Part shown: positions 13,341-26,606 of the stretch, in pieces | Layout: every line of letters starts with the position of its first letter | Numbering within the stretch: the first letter of the stretch is position 1 | The notes under the pieces: model-generated | Told to the model about the DNA's origin: nothing | What the model saw: only the letters and a program-made list of their open reading frames with translations | The model's database searches: none | Origin: the human T2T-CHM13v2.0 reference genome, Homo sapiens | Direction: 5' to 3' (one strand) | DNA length: 64,000 nt | Assembly: GCF_009914755.1 (NCBI RefSeq) | Contig: NC_060929.1 | Made by a program: the position numbers and the translations under genes

Positions 13341-15029
13341 TCTGTTTCAAAACTGTATAGATAAGTTCATCATGGAGAATCCATAAATAAATAGGTAACA
13401 GTCATTTAAACTAGTACACTTCTATGTTGCTCATTTATGGTTGTATACATTTTATTAAATTTCACCTTTTTTTAAAGTTATTTAGTTTAGTTATTTCCTT
13501 GATTCACCAAAATGAATAAATGGCTCAAAAATGGTTCATTGGAGGGTAAAGTAACACCAAAAATCACAACATAAATACTACTCAAAGCTACCTTGAAAAT
13601 ACAAGTAGATAACAAACATGTAATATGAATATAAAATATGACTGAGTGTATGATGGAGCAAGTAAGTTCAAAATGTAAGTATCTACACAAGTGAACAAAA
13701 GGGAGAAAATTATATCAATTAGGTTTATAACCCTCTGAACATTGGATCTGTTGGATTGCCGTTCCATTTTCCCCTTTCCTCCATTGCTTGTCTGATGAGA
13801 ATATGGCATTGGATTTTCAGGAATTTAATTTTTTTCTAATATTCTTTATTTTATACTCACTTTTCCCTATCAGCCCCTAAAGTGGTAATGCTATGTTGAT
13901 ATTTAGCATTTACCAATACTTTGAAGATATGTTTATTGCTAAGATTATTAACCAAAGGGCAAGCAATGGTTTTAAATCTGTTATTCATCTTCTTGAGTTA
14001 CTAGGCCCCATGAATTGTCTAGTCTAACCCCCCAAAAATGATGAAGCTGCTCTGATGCAAGTAAAGTGAAATCTATTTCATATATTTCTTCCACATGTAC
14101 CTTTCCAAGTTTACTTGTGTAGAAAGAAATGCATTTATCGTGAAAGTATTTTATCTGAATGTATTCCAAAGACTCTAACTGGATAAGAAGTGAAACAATA
14201 GTTACACAATCTTATTTTTAGTTTAATATTATTTTAGGTGATTTCTCTTGTATTGGACAGTTTTAAATACCTGTAACAAGTACATGATCATTTTCCTCTT
14301 TCTTCCAAGCCAGTCAGTGCTGACTAATGCCTAAAGATTCCTTGGGAGCATTTAGTATTTTGCATGCTAAAACCTACTTCTTATTTTCAGGCTTCCTGAT
14401 TTCACCCAGAGTGTTCATGGCCTTCTTTTCAAGTGTATTTGTGTTAGGCAAGAAGCCAGTGGTATTAGTGCATGGAAACCAGGTAGTTGTCAGAAGGACT
14501 GTAGCAGCATGTCTAATTTTGCTATATTAAACCTGTCACAAAACCTTAAGTAAGAGATTATAGGAAGCATGCATAGAGCACATGGTTTATAACTTAATAA
14601 ATATGAAGTGTTGGGAACTAGCTAAAACCCCTCTCTTTTATCTTCTTTTCTCTTTGGTTTCACCAATCTCTTTAAACCACTGTTAGAAGAATGGGTGAAA
14701 GTATAAAAACTTTTCATGACCACAAGAAACTCTCTCCCAAGCAATAGCCATACCAACAGTTAGGCAGAAATACTTGTGAAGCTAACAAGAATTTTTTCAA
14801 GCCACACAAATCTTTATTTCTTATGTCATGAAAGTACAATGAATCCTTATAATTGCTGATGTCTACTACATTTCTAATTTTCTAGAAATCAGATTAATTC
14901 TTAGTGCAGCTAGCAGTTTCTGTTGTAGAAAACAGAGGACATCCAATAAAACTTTTTTTTGAAACAGAAGCACAAGGCTTAGAACTAAATATTTTAGTAA
15001 TTTTTAAAAATGAACATAGGTGAATGCAA

Positions 15030-15200
15030 GCTTTGTGGTGCTGGAAGTGTATACAATTTGGGGGACACCATTTAGGAAATTTACTAGTTCAAAATTAGAT
15101 ATAAAAGTGAATATGTAATTAGAGTATAAAAAATAAAAACAAATTACAGAGTACAAAAAAATCACAAAAACAATCGACAAAATATTTTTATTAAATAACT
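15030..15200 (+). mobile_element. ORSL-like hAT-Tip100 relic
   Basis: 'tttgtggtgctggaagtgtatacaatttggggg...aaaattagatataaaagtgaatat' resembles recalled ORSL 5' end. Confidence 0.6.
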
Positions 15201-16244
15201 ACCTCTTATATTGCTGGTCACATACTTTGGTACCTGCGACATGACAGGCTCTCTGCTACGGCCTTGGAATAGCTCAGGTTCACCTTTGCTTCCTACAATC
15301 TTTTCAGAGGTCTTTTTCACCTTGAGAGTCTATCACGTAACAGACACCAAGACACATTTGTAGAATAAAAGTCATCTAAGAAATAAATTAAAATTTTAAA
15401 AATGATTTCTGCTCTTCTACGCACCCTCACACTTCATAAATTCATGAGTTCATCAAAGCCAAAAAGAATAAGGAATATAACCAAAGCATTGCAAATTGGA
15501 TTAATAAGTGACATTTTATATGATACAGAGAAGAATTTTTCTGCACTGGGAAAACAAAACTTAATGAAGACATATTATTTAACCCATTTACAGGAATTTA
15601 GTTTCTGAAGGAAAAAGAGATGCAAAATGGAAAATGGTTGCATGATCTCCTTTACAATAAAGCTGTTTGCATTCTAAAAACGTGAGTGGGGTCAGAGCCT
15701 CTATCCTTAGCATGGGAAATCCTAGAAACAAATGTCAGATGAAGCAATTAGATGCCATGATATAGGCTCTTTCCAGAAGGAAGTTATTGAAACAGAATGT
15801 TCAAGTGTGAATAACTAAGTTAAAGTGTGGTCAGGCCAGCTGGAATGCATGTAGGGAAAGTTTACGCAGGCTGTCTGAAAAGCAACCAGGAGAAAGTCAA
15901 AGGCAAGTTTAGTTGAAACAGAAGAGGCAAAGGAAGCAGGTGAGGCATAGAAAGGGAGGTGTAACTGTGTAATCCTAAAAGCAGAAAGGTCTGTCCTGGC
16001 AGATCTGTATCTTGTAACAAGCCAACATCTTCTGGAATAGTTTTAAATCAACTGAGAGTTGGGGAAGTCCAGTCCTGGAACTGTAGATGTTGTACAGTCT
16101 GTAGTCCAAAAATACTTCTGGCCAGTACTTCCTCTTTGCAGTTCATTACTGTTTTAAGTCATTGCCCTTCCTTTCCCGACTTCCCATGCTAGCCTAACAT
16201 ATAGATCTCACTCAGTGTTGTCAATGTTTTCTCCCTTTATGTTC

Positions 16245-16359
16245 AGCTAACTGTTTGCCTGGGACTGTTTGCCTGGAACTGCAAGGGTTTCTGAGATGTA
16301 GGCCTTCCAGTTTTAAAATTAGGACAGTTCCAGTCAAACAGAGATGAATTGATAACCTT
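16245..16359 (+). mobile_element. MER94-like hAT-Blackjack relic
   Basis: 'gtttgcctgggactg...ttccagttttaaaattaggacagttccagtcaaacagagatgaattgataacct'. Confidence 0.7.
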
Positions 16360-16680
16360 AACGCCAGGCCAAATTATCTTGCACCTCACCTCTGATTTCA
16401 TGATGGATTAGTGATAGGGGCCAGCTCATGCTCAGAGTACTAAATTTCCAACCCAATACACCATTCATTACAGTTTGTTCTTATCATGATGGTCAATCCC
16501 CTTTCTTAGATGGTATTAACCTAATCAATGTGCTGGAATTTATTTTCACATGTACATTTGCAATGTATAGACAAAGTCCTCTGTTGGTAACACAAATGTA
16601 TTCCTTTATGAAAGAATTTGGGATGATTATATAGAGATTTTTGTTTTCATTTCACAGTTACACTATGTTTATAATATTTT

Positions 16681-16700
16681 TGTGTGTGTGTGTGTGTGTG
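16681..16700. repeat. (TG)10 microsatellite
   Basis: Directly visible. Confidence 0.95.
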
Positions 16701-17474
16701 CAAATTACAGTGCTCATACTGGGGCAGAATAAAATTTAGACTCCCAAAACAAAAATTCTCAGTCTGATAACCCCTCAATTTTCTTGGAGTGGCACTACTA
16801 TGGAAATTGAGCCATTGAGCTACTGAGAAAAGCCATTCTCTGGCTGTAAAGCAAAGTAGATCTTGTGAAACGCATAAATTAACATTTGGAATAAGATTTA
16901 TGCATCATAATGTCACTCCGTTTTATAAATTCAATCCTCTATTTCACATACAGGCAAACTGAAACAGTGAAGACCCTCCAAAAGCCCATCTCACCTTAGA
17001 AACGTGAAGCCTATGGTATTGTTTATTATTTTATACCAGCATTTGTGGGTATATGTGTATGATGGGGGAGGGGCTGGAAGTTGTGTGCATGTCAGCTTGG
17101 TCCTCTTAAGGGCTAGGAAGCAAATTATATATTTTGAATCTACTTGGATGTCTGCAAAAGATCAGGCTTGGCATTTTGGAGATCTTAGCATTTCAAATGT
17201 GAACACTTTGTGTTGAGATTTGAGTATTATGTTTCTCTGTCAATCATGTTTAACATTTGGGAAAATGCACAGTGAAAGCTGCCTAAGTATTTCTGAGGAA
17301 ATGTGAATTGTAAAATAATCATGAAAAATTGATTGTGATAATCCACAGCCAAGTGAGTGATGTATAGGAGCTGTGGAGATTAAGGCATATATTCATCATT
17401 GTGTTGACTACCAGGTTCTCAAGAGAAGCACTGGTTTGGGCAATGGGTCACTTGACTGCTAGTTTGTTAATAGT

Positions 17475-17665
17475 GATTGAGATCTTACTATGTCTGAGAC
17501 ATTGTACTAAGTGCTTTTATGTGAATTAGTTTATTTAATTCCCACGACTTTATAAGAAGATATTTCCCCATTTACAAAAGAAGACACTGAGGGTTAAAGA
17601 GTTTAAACAACTTGCCCAAATTTACACAATGGCCAAGCCAGAATTTAATTTCATGCTGCCAAGTC
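17475..17665 (-). mobile_element. MIR SINE
   Basis: 'ctaagtgctttta...tttaattcccac...ccccatttaca...cactgagg...aacttgcccaa'. Confidence 0.75.
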
Positions 17666-19199
17666 CACCAGAATTCTTTCTCTAGGCATGAATGTCTTAA
17701 CATATAATGTGGGCCTACACATTAGCTAGCCTATCAGCTTAATGCTATGTGAAGATAAAATATGCTAATATTACAAGTTTGATAGGAATAATTTTTAAAT
17801 TCTGTATCTAATAGAAACATAAAAAGGCATTATAATGATCGGTTGGGAAGACAATATAGTTTTTACCAAGATAGAAAAAAGGATACAAAAGCATATTTAT
17901 ACTCTGATTAAAATTAAGTAAAATTACATATTTATATAAATGAAAACCAGAAAAATAAAACACAAACATTGTAACAGTGGTCACTTTTAGAGTGATAGCA
18001 TTATGAATACTTTTTCTGAATTTTCTGTAATGTGATATGATTTTAATGATGAAAATGCCAAGCATTTACAAAAAATTTTAAAGTTTTTTAATGAGAGAAT
18101 ACTGGGAGAGAAAATCTATCTTTAGGGACATATTAGAAACAAAAAGTGTGACTATTATTGTACAAAGAGTTTTATTAGAAATTAAACCTATAGTAGAGTC
18201 CTCAATTTCTGACATGAAGTCTATTTCAAGTGTTAGGTGGACTATAGAAGCATTTATTTTAGTCCACAGATTTTTAAAGACGTTATCATTAGCCCCTTTC
18301 AGTTTTACTGATGAAAAATATTAAAGGGTGTGAACCGTTTGTGCATGAGGAAATGGAACTTCTGTAAATATTGACTGACTGATGGACCATATGACATATT
18401 TACCTTTTTTTCTAAATCATGCATTTCCCACCTGTTTTCTTATAACCTCAGTCAGACCATGGGCCAATTAATATTTCTGTGGGAGATTATCATTTGCTCA
18501 CTAAGAAAAATTTTATTTAATTTTTTGTGTTAAATCTTTCCTCTCTTCCCACAGACTCTCCTAACCTTGGGGCCATAGAAGATTTTTCATTAATATATGC
18601 AATTTAGTTTGATTTCACAAGAGGAATCACCTGATAGTTGTTAACTATGACTTATTAGGCTATTATCATTTTCTAATAACAGGTTTGCTGTAACAATAAA
18701 ACTCTGATAAAATATGCTGAATTTTAAGATATGTTAAACTATGTTAAAGATCCAATTATGATGATCACATTAAAGTAGATAGATTCAACAACAAAAATGA
18801 GGTGACATTATAGAGTAATGGACATTTTAAACTTTATCAAATCTTATGAACGTTTTTTCTTCAATACTGTAATTGACAATACCTATAGTTTTGAGGTAGG
18901 AGTTATCGCCCTCATTGAAAGTTGATGAAACATGATCATTAAGATCAAGCAACCCAGGTATGTCCAGCTCCAATGTTAATGGTCTTTACTGCAGTTCAAT
19001 ACTGCCTGTAAAGTAGTCACCTGGGGAGGCTGCTGAAATTATGTTGCCTTCACTCAAAACATTGCTCCACTTTGAGTTGCTTTTATAGAACCTTAGAAGA
19101 AACAGCAACGATTAAATCCCATTACTTTATGGGCACACTTCTCTATTTTAGCAGCCTTTCTCAAAACCATTTTCCAAAATCCAATTTACCTATGAAGAA

Positions 19200-19645
19200 T
19201 AAAAAAGGAAATCCTGTCATTTATGATAACTTGGATTAACCCAGAGGATATTATGTTAAGTGAAATAAGCCAGGCCACAGAAAGACAAATATTGTATGTT
19301 CTCACTTATATATGGAATCTAAAAATGTCCAACACAGAGTGGAATGGTGGTTACCAATGGCTGGTTACCAAGAGAAGAGGGGCAGGGAGCGGGGCATTGA
19401 CTAGGGAATTCTTGGTCAAAGGATTCAAAATTTCAATTAGACAGTAGGATGAATTCAAGAGATCTATTGTACAACATGATGTCTATATTTAACAATGTAT
19501 TATATATTTGAAACTTGCTAAGAGTAGATTTTATCATAAGCATGTAAGATAATGCTTGTACACATATTTCAAAACATCATGTTATACACTATACACCATA
19601 AAATATATACAATTTTTATTTGCAAATTTAAAAAATTAATTAATT
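19200..19645 (+). mobile_element. L1MA-type 3' end
   Basis: 'gaaatcctgtcattt...ttatgttaagtgaaataagccagg...gttctcacttatatatggaatctaaaaa...ttcaagagatctattgtacaacat'. Confidence 0.85.
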
Positions 19646-20708
19646 GAAAAATAAACTCCCTTCTAACTGGATAATAATCTGTTCTGAAATCTAATCTAAA
19701 AGACTAATGTCTAAATATTTTGAACAACATCAACAGTGTTGGAGTTGTGGTACATTCTCCAAAGGTAAAAATTTTGATGGCAACAAAACTTTCCACTTGT
19801 GAGTTTATATTTGACTTGTAGAGTGGATAAAGGGTGGGCATAAATGTTTTAAAAGTTTTAGAAACTTGAGGTGATCGTTGATAAACGACTTTAAAATATA
19901 GAGACACTAAGATGCTCTTTGATTGAATATACATTGAGATTAGCTCTTATTTGAAATTCTTTATGGAGTCAATTAATAAGTGATTTACATTTAAACTAAA
20001 CATGCAGTTTAAAAACTGCCTCACTGAGATACACTGTAAACTGTTATGAAAGCACTGTAGTGTCTTGCTTCTCACATGTTTCTATTGAAAAATGCCATGT
20101 GATATATGAGAGCCACAGAGGATGACTTATCTTTCTGGTGCATCATTTTCATTTATCTGTTTCCATTTTTTGTTTGTAACAAAGATCAGTAGATACAGAA
20201 AATAAGAATTGTCAGTGCATGTAACATTATAATTGCCAAAATTAATAACTCATGGATATAGCTGCTTTAAACTTCGTTACTTGTTTCATTACACATGTGA
20301 TAGAATTCTTTTAAAATTCTTTGCTACTCCTCCATATTTCAATTTGATAGCAATCTTCAGTCATTGGTTGATATCTTGTCCATAATGGAATATTCTGAGT
20401 ATGGAAGAAAGGTAGAGTTAGTTAAGATAGTGTGGCATATACCATCTCATTTTGAGTAAGGCTCATTAAAGATGTCCATAAAGCATTATTTTATTTTTCC
20501 ACCTGACTTTTATAATAAGGCCTTGAAAAGCAGTGAATATATCATGTCTAATTGTAGGATAATGATGTGCTTTCTTATCTTTTTAGTTTATAAATGTTCC
20601 AGTTTTGAAAATAAGAACTAAGGACAAGCAAGAAAAACCATCTCATTACAAAAAAAAATGCATTTTCTGTTATTTATGGCATTCGTTCTACAAGCTCTCT
20701 TAAAAAAT

Positions 20709-20932
20709 ATGGGAGTTGAACAATGAGAACACATGGACACAGGGAGGGGAACATCACACAGTGGGGCCTGTCAGGGGGTGGGGGACTAGGGGAGGGATAG
20801 CATTAGGAGAAATACCTAATGCAGATGACAGATTGATGGGTGCAGCAAACCACCATGACACGTGTATACCTATGTAACAAACCTGCACGTTCTGCACATG
20901 TATCCCAGAACTTAAAGTGTATATATAAAAAA
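20709..20932 (+). mobile_element. L1PA7-like 3' UTR fragment
   Basis: 'gggagttgaacaatgagaacacatggacacagggagggg...gtatcccagaacttaaagt' plus A-rich tail. Confidence 0.93.
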
Positions 20933-21909
20933 ATAAGTAACATCATGTAATGGGATGCCGTTAAAGATCAGGGTGGAGATAAAGGTGTGAGAAGTATTTG
21001 AGAGATTGAAATGAGTGGATTATTGATTTTTGGCCCTTCCCCTAAATTAGGGCCCATTTTATACTGGCCAAAGGCAAGTTCTTACATAAATTGGCAACAT
21101 TTGTTTTTGTTTTTGTTTTTTTTTCTGTTTTTCTTCCAGGGACACTTTCCACAGTACTGCTAATCTATAAATTAAGCATCAAATGTTTATTTCCCTCTAT
21201 TTTTCCACCTCTTCTTTTGAGCTGAGAAAAGGTAAAAACTGTGTGATTTGAAATCAATGTTTACCTCTCCTACAGATAAATGAGTATAATGCTGTGTTTT
21301 TCATGATGGAATAAACTGCTTTGTTTTCAGCTCAGGTATAAGTCAAAAGTAGAAGATCGCTCCAGATATCACATCTTGGTAAATCCCATTGCACCTGCAC
21401 TGGTGCTTCCTGCCTTCATTTTCTAACATGACCTGGCCATGGTCCTCTCCTCCAGCATCAATTCGGAAAGGCAAGTGTCTGTGAATCCTGTAATATAAAT
21501 CAATGTGAACAGCTGCTTCTGAGAAAGGGAACTCCACACTTCCATGAATGATGTGTATGTAGCTTTCTCTGGTTGCCAGTATATTTATTACATTAGAAAA
21601 AGAGTATGACAAAATTCCATGCTGGAGCCCATTGGTGCATAAAGCTCCTAACTATGGAACTGGGTAGTGCCGGTTTTTCACCATTATCTAGTTTTCGCTT
21701 GGTTCAATATCCTATTCAGTTAACTCAAGATACGTGTTATGTATCTGCTTTGTGTAAAACACACTACTCTGTGCTAAGGAAAAAGGAGCAAAGGAAAAAG
21801 TTTACAACATGACATAATGTTGGAGAGTCACTATTGTTAAGGAGATGGGACTTGGACTAGAGGACAAAGTGATACATATATAAATTTAATATAATCAAGT
21901 GCCCAATGC

Positions 21910-23690
21910 CATAGAATTGTGGAAGCATAGAAGTTCAAGATTGAACTTTAACTTCTAGACCTTAAATCCTATACTGGCAGCAATAATCAAATTCCCTGCT
22001 CAACATTCCTACTGGGTGATCATAAACTCTCTCTTTCTAAACCTCCCATAAAAGAATTCCCACCCCCGTCAAACAGTGGTCCATTTCATTTCCAAAAAGC
22101 TCTAATTATTTTTAAAAGTTATTTCTTGTACTGAGCCAAAATCGCATTCTCTTGAACATAAATTCTGAAGTTTGGAGTCATGTAGAAAATATATTGCTAA
22201 TGGTTTTCTTTAAGAGAGTATTTAAAACATTTTAAGAATGTTCTTTTTTTTATTATACTTTAAGTTTTGGGATACATGTGCAGAACGTGCAGGTTTGTTA
22301 CATAGGTATACATGTGCCATGGTGGTCTGCTGCACCCATCAACCTGTCATTTACATTACCTATTTCTCCTAATTCTATCCCTCCCCTATCCCCCAACACC
22401 CTGACAGGCCCCAGTGTGTGATGTTCCCCTCCCTGTGTCCACGTGTTCTCATTGCTCAACTCCCACTTATGAGTGAGAACATGCGGTGTTTGGTTTTCTG
22501 TTCCTGTGTTAGTTTGCTGAGAATGATGGTATCCAGCTTCATCCATGTCCCTGCAAAGGACATTAACTCATCCTTTTTTATGGCTGCATAGTATTCCATG
22601 GTGTATATGTGTCACATTTTCTTTATCCAGTCTATCATTGATGGGCATTTGGGTTGGTTCTAAGTCTTTGCTATTGTGAATAGTGCTGCAATAAACATAT
22701 GTGTTCATGTATCTCTATAGTAGAATGATTTATAATCCTTTGCGTATATACCCAGTAATGGGATTGCTGGGTCAAATGGTATTTCTGGTTCTAGATCCTT
22801 GAGGAATCACTACACTGTCTTCCACAATGGTTGAACTAATTTACACTCCCACCAACAGTGTAAAAGCATTTCTATTTCTCCACATCCTCTCCAACATCAG
22901 TTGTTTCCTGACTTTTTATACTCTAATCACAAGTTTTAGTTTCTTCAAGCTAAATATACCCAGTTCCTTCAAGTCTTCCTTAATAGCATGGTTTTGAGTT
23001 CCCTCGTATCCTAGTTGTTCACAATGGACATATTCCTATTTGTCTATACATGCATATTTAAAAGTGCACCATCCAAATTTGAACACACAACTACAAATGG
23101 ACTAACTGGTGCAAAGTCACTATTACTTCCCAGCTTCCAGAGACCTATATTTCTATTCATCAAATGCATATCAAAATCATAATCAATTTTTTCATGATCA
23201 TATCACACATTAACCTAAGTCTTTCTTGAAAATATTGCTATTTAACCCTACGTGGCAACCATTATATCAAAGTGTCAGAAAATATAAAACACACACAAAT
23301 TTAAAGAGTTTTGTATCCAAGTCCTTAAATGTTTCTATATTACATTTCATGGTCTTTGTTTTAGGCTAAAATATGCGTATATTAAAATCACTTCACATTC
23401 TTATTCTTTTTTCTCATATATGTATTATCCATCCTCACTCCTGATTGCAATCACTTAAAAATCTGATAAACAAGATACCAAGGTACATATTTCATAAACA
23501 ATGAATGGTAGAATTGAGACAGGTCCTATGGTTACCTGCTAGCATCTTCTCTCCAGGCTGGCATCAACCTGACAATATTCATCCCAGGGATCATTCTTCT
23601 GTGCATTTATTTCTCTGTACTATTTCTATCTTGTCTTCAAAGACTTTACAAGATACTTAGGAAAGTACCCACCTGAGATCCAGATTAATT
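21910..23690 (-). mobile_element. Ancient CR1/L3 LINE remnant (interrupted by L1PA7 at 22244-22918)
   Basis: CR1-like antisense motifs 'aagctctaattatt..aaagttatttctt..actgagccaaaatc', 'ttcttcaagctaaatatacccagttccttcaa', 'actattacttccc', 'tctctccaggctggcatcaacc'. Confidence 0.6.
22244..22918 (-). mobile_element. L1PA7-like 3' fragment
   Basis: Antisense ORF2 end and 3' UTR with poly-T; no clear TSD. Confidence 0.95.
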
Positions 23691-23711
23691 CTCTTTTAAG
23701 AATACTTCTGG

Positions 23712-24017
23712 GGCCAGGCAGGTGGCTCAGGCCTGTGATCCCAGCACTTTGGGAGGCTGAGGCACGTGGATCACGTAAGCCCAGGAATTCAAGACAAGTC
23801 TGGGCAAGGTAGTGAGACTCCATCTCTACAAAAAATTTAAAAATTAGCTGGGTGATGTGGCACTTGCCTGCAGTTGGTCCCACCTACTTGAGAGGCTAAG
23901 GCAGGAGGATCTCTTGAGCTCAGGAATTTGTACCATCAGTGAGCTATGATCCTGCTACAGTACCCCAGCCTGGGCAACAAAGCAAGATGCCATCTCTAAA
24001 ATAAATTTAAATAAATA
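23712..24017 (+). mobile_element. AluJ element
   Basis: Dimeric Alu with J-type positions (gcccagga, tctacaaaaaattt, ggaggatctcttgagc). Confidence 0.93.
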
Positions 24018-24349
24018 GTACTTCCGATATGTCCTTGTATAAAAATTAGTTTACACTCTAAGTACTAGGAGTGCTTAGGAAAGGGAATGAACACTATTAA
24101 CTGAAGTGGTTTTGAATTAATTTGTGAAGAAATTGGTACTTAAGTTGAACTTTAGAGGATCTGAAGGATTAAAATATTTGTGGATTACTGATAGGAGAGT
24201 TAACACATTATAGTTGTGGTCTATCCATAGTACCATGTATATAAAATGATGTGTGAATTTATAGGGATTTGCCTGTAATAACTTCAATATGTTAATATAT
24301 GCTATCCTCAAACCTCTGAACAAAAAAGTGAAACTAATATCCAATCAGA

Positions 24350-24660
24350 CCCAACCTTCAAGGCCCAACTCAATTATTAATTTCTTAGTGAGAATTTTTC
24401 CAATTAAAGCAAGCTGTAATTGTCTGCCTTTTCTCTAAATGTTTAATGTAACTGATTGTTTGAAGCTCTCATTTTGGTGTTGTATCAAATATCACATCAT
24501 CTTTATAATTTCACTAACTCTATTACTATATTGCTGTACAATATATCTCCTCAAGATAAGTTGTAAACTTCTGGGGAAAAGTGACTGTATCTGTTAGTTT
24601 TGGGTTCCCCGCACGGTAGCTAGCACAGCAATAGACTGAATACTGGCGGAATAAGTGAGC
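24350..24660 (+). mobile_element. L2 3'-end fragment
   Basis: 'ccttcaaggcccaactcaa...ttgtaaacttctggggaaaagtgactgtatct...gctagcacag'. Confidence 0.6.
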
Positions 24661-24752
24661 GTAGCCAACATGGTTGTTTTCTGACTATACCAAAAATTTG
24701 GTATGCCTATTTAAATGTGTGTGTTACATTTTATGTTTTTCCATTGTAGTTT

Positions 24753-25058
24753 CTTTTCTTTTTTTTTTTTTTTTTTTGAGACAGGGTCTCACTTTTTCAC
24801 TTAGGCTGGAATGCAGTGGCATGATCTCAGCTCACTGCAACCTCGACCTCCTGGGTTCAAGTGATCCTCCTGCCTCAGCCCCCTGAGTAGCTGGGACTAC
24901 AGGCACACACCACCACACCTGGCTAGTTTTGAATTTTTGTGGAGACGGCATTTCACCATGTTGCCCAGGCTGGTCTCGAATTCCTGAGCTCAAGCCAATC
25001 TGCCCATCTTGGCCTACCAAAGTGCTAGGATTACAGATGCGAGCCACCGTTCCCGGCC
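24753..25058 (-). mobile_element. AluJb-like element
   Basis: Antisense Alu 'gagacagggtctcac...gatcctcctgcctcagcc...tcctgagctcaag'. Confidence 0.94.
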
Positions 25059-25624
25059 TCAGTGTCATTTCTAAAAGACAATTTAAATGCAGAAATAAAA
25101 GTTTGACTAATATAATATAACATGAGTAACTTGGAAACCATCAGGTTTACATACGCAGTGCTAAATACTATTAAATCAATGCCAACACCATTGTATTCAT
25201 TTGCACTTCCGGCATTGTATTGTATTGTATTCGTTTGCCTTCAGGTTGGAATTCTGTGGTTTTTAAATGTGTTTACCCTATCCCAATAATTAGGTAGAAA
25301 GTTATTGAAGATGAACATTAGTCTTCAATATATAGGTAATTCCTCAAAACACACAACAAAGTTCTCTGCTTTCAAAGTGTGCTGAAAGTATTTGAGTAAC
25401 TGCTGTACTCATAAGGTTTAAACAGAAAAGTTGATATTTTTCTGATCATGTTCTACTTTTTCAGTTAGGGTTTGCTGGTTTATCATTTTGTTTATTTTCA
25501 GTCTATCTATGCAATAGACATTTTTAAAAGGACCTGCTGTAGGTCAGTGTTTCCCTTTTTCTTTTTAAATTACACCTGCAGTTTTTAAGTGGAGATGTCA
25601 GCAAGTTGGTATATCAAAAGAACA

Positions 25625-25770
25625 GAATTTCCTACATTGGGAGCTAATAGACTTGGTTTTATTCCTGGCTTTACCATCAATTAGTGTGTGACCTTGGATA
25701 TGTCACTTTGCCTTGCTAGTTTTAGTTTAATTTTCCATAAAGTAGGGGGAGATTGGATCAGATTGCCTTT
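25625..25770 (+). mobile_element. MIR fragment
   Basis: 'agacttggttttattcctggctttacc...tgtgtgaccttgga'. Confidence 0.6.
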
Positions 25771-26170
25771 AAGGAAAAATCAGTTGCTGTCTCTCTTAGA
25801 ATTGCATAAGACTCACCTTTCATCTTTGATTTTCACATATCCTTTTTTGAAAATGGTGAAGCCTGATAACTTCTAAGAAAGAAATAGCTTATGGTTTTTC
25901 CCCATAACAATGAATGCTGGTGTAAGAACTCACTTAGAACTGTTTAATTCTCTAGAGTTACCAGCTACAAGAGAATGTAAATCCTCAACTTACGTCTTCA
26001 CATGAAAGGATGAAGATTTAATCTTTGATTTTGCTACAAAAAATTATAAGTAAGTAGTTGAATGGTAGAAAACTGTAGGACATTAAGACTGCTCCAGAGC
26101 TTCTTATCAATACAACCATAAAATGCATTTTGTATTTTAAAATACAAAATTTTTTTTTAAAAATGTGCTT

Positions 26171-26606
26171 CTGTTCACAATAGCAAAGACTTGGAAACCA
26201 ACCCAAATGACCATCAATGATAGACTGGATAAAGACAATGTGACACATATACACCGTGGAATACTATGCAGCCAAACAAAAGAATGAGTTAATGTCCTCT
26301 GCAGGGACATGGAAGAAGCTGGAAATCATCATTCACAGCAAACTAACACAGGAACAGAAAACCAAACACCGCATGTTCTCACTCATAAGTGGGAGTTTAA
26401 GAATGAGAACACATGGACACGGGGGTGGGGGCATCACACATCAAGGCCTGTTGGGGGATGGGGGGCTAGGGCAGGGATAGCATTAGGAGAAATACCTAAT
26501 ATAGATGACGGGTTGATAGGTGCAACAAACCACCATGGCATGTGTATGCCTATGTAACAAACCTGCACATTCTGCACATGTATCCCAAAACTTAAAGTAT
26601 AATAAA
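26171..26606 (+). mobile_element. L1PA7-like 3' fragment
   Basis: ORF2 C-terminus remnant (MEYYAA...) and 3' UTR; TSD aaaaatgtgctt at 26159-26170 and 26607-26618. Confidence 0.95.

Noticed and set aside
14391-14482. Possible + strand exon (ttattttcag|...CCAG|gtagtt)
   Set aside because: Weak donor, no recognisable peptide and no supporting neighbouring exons.
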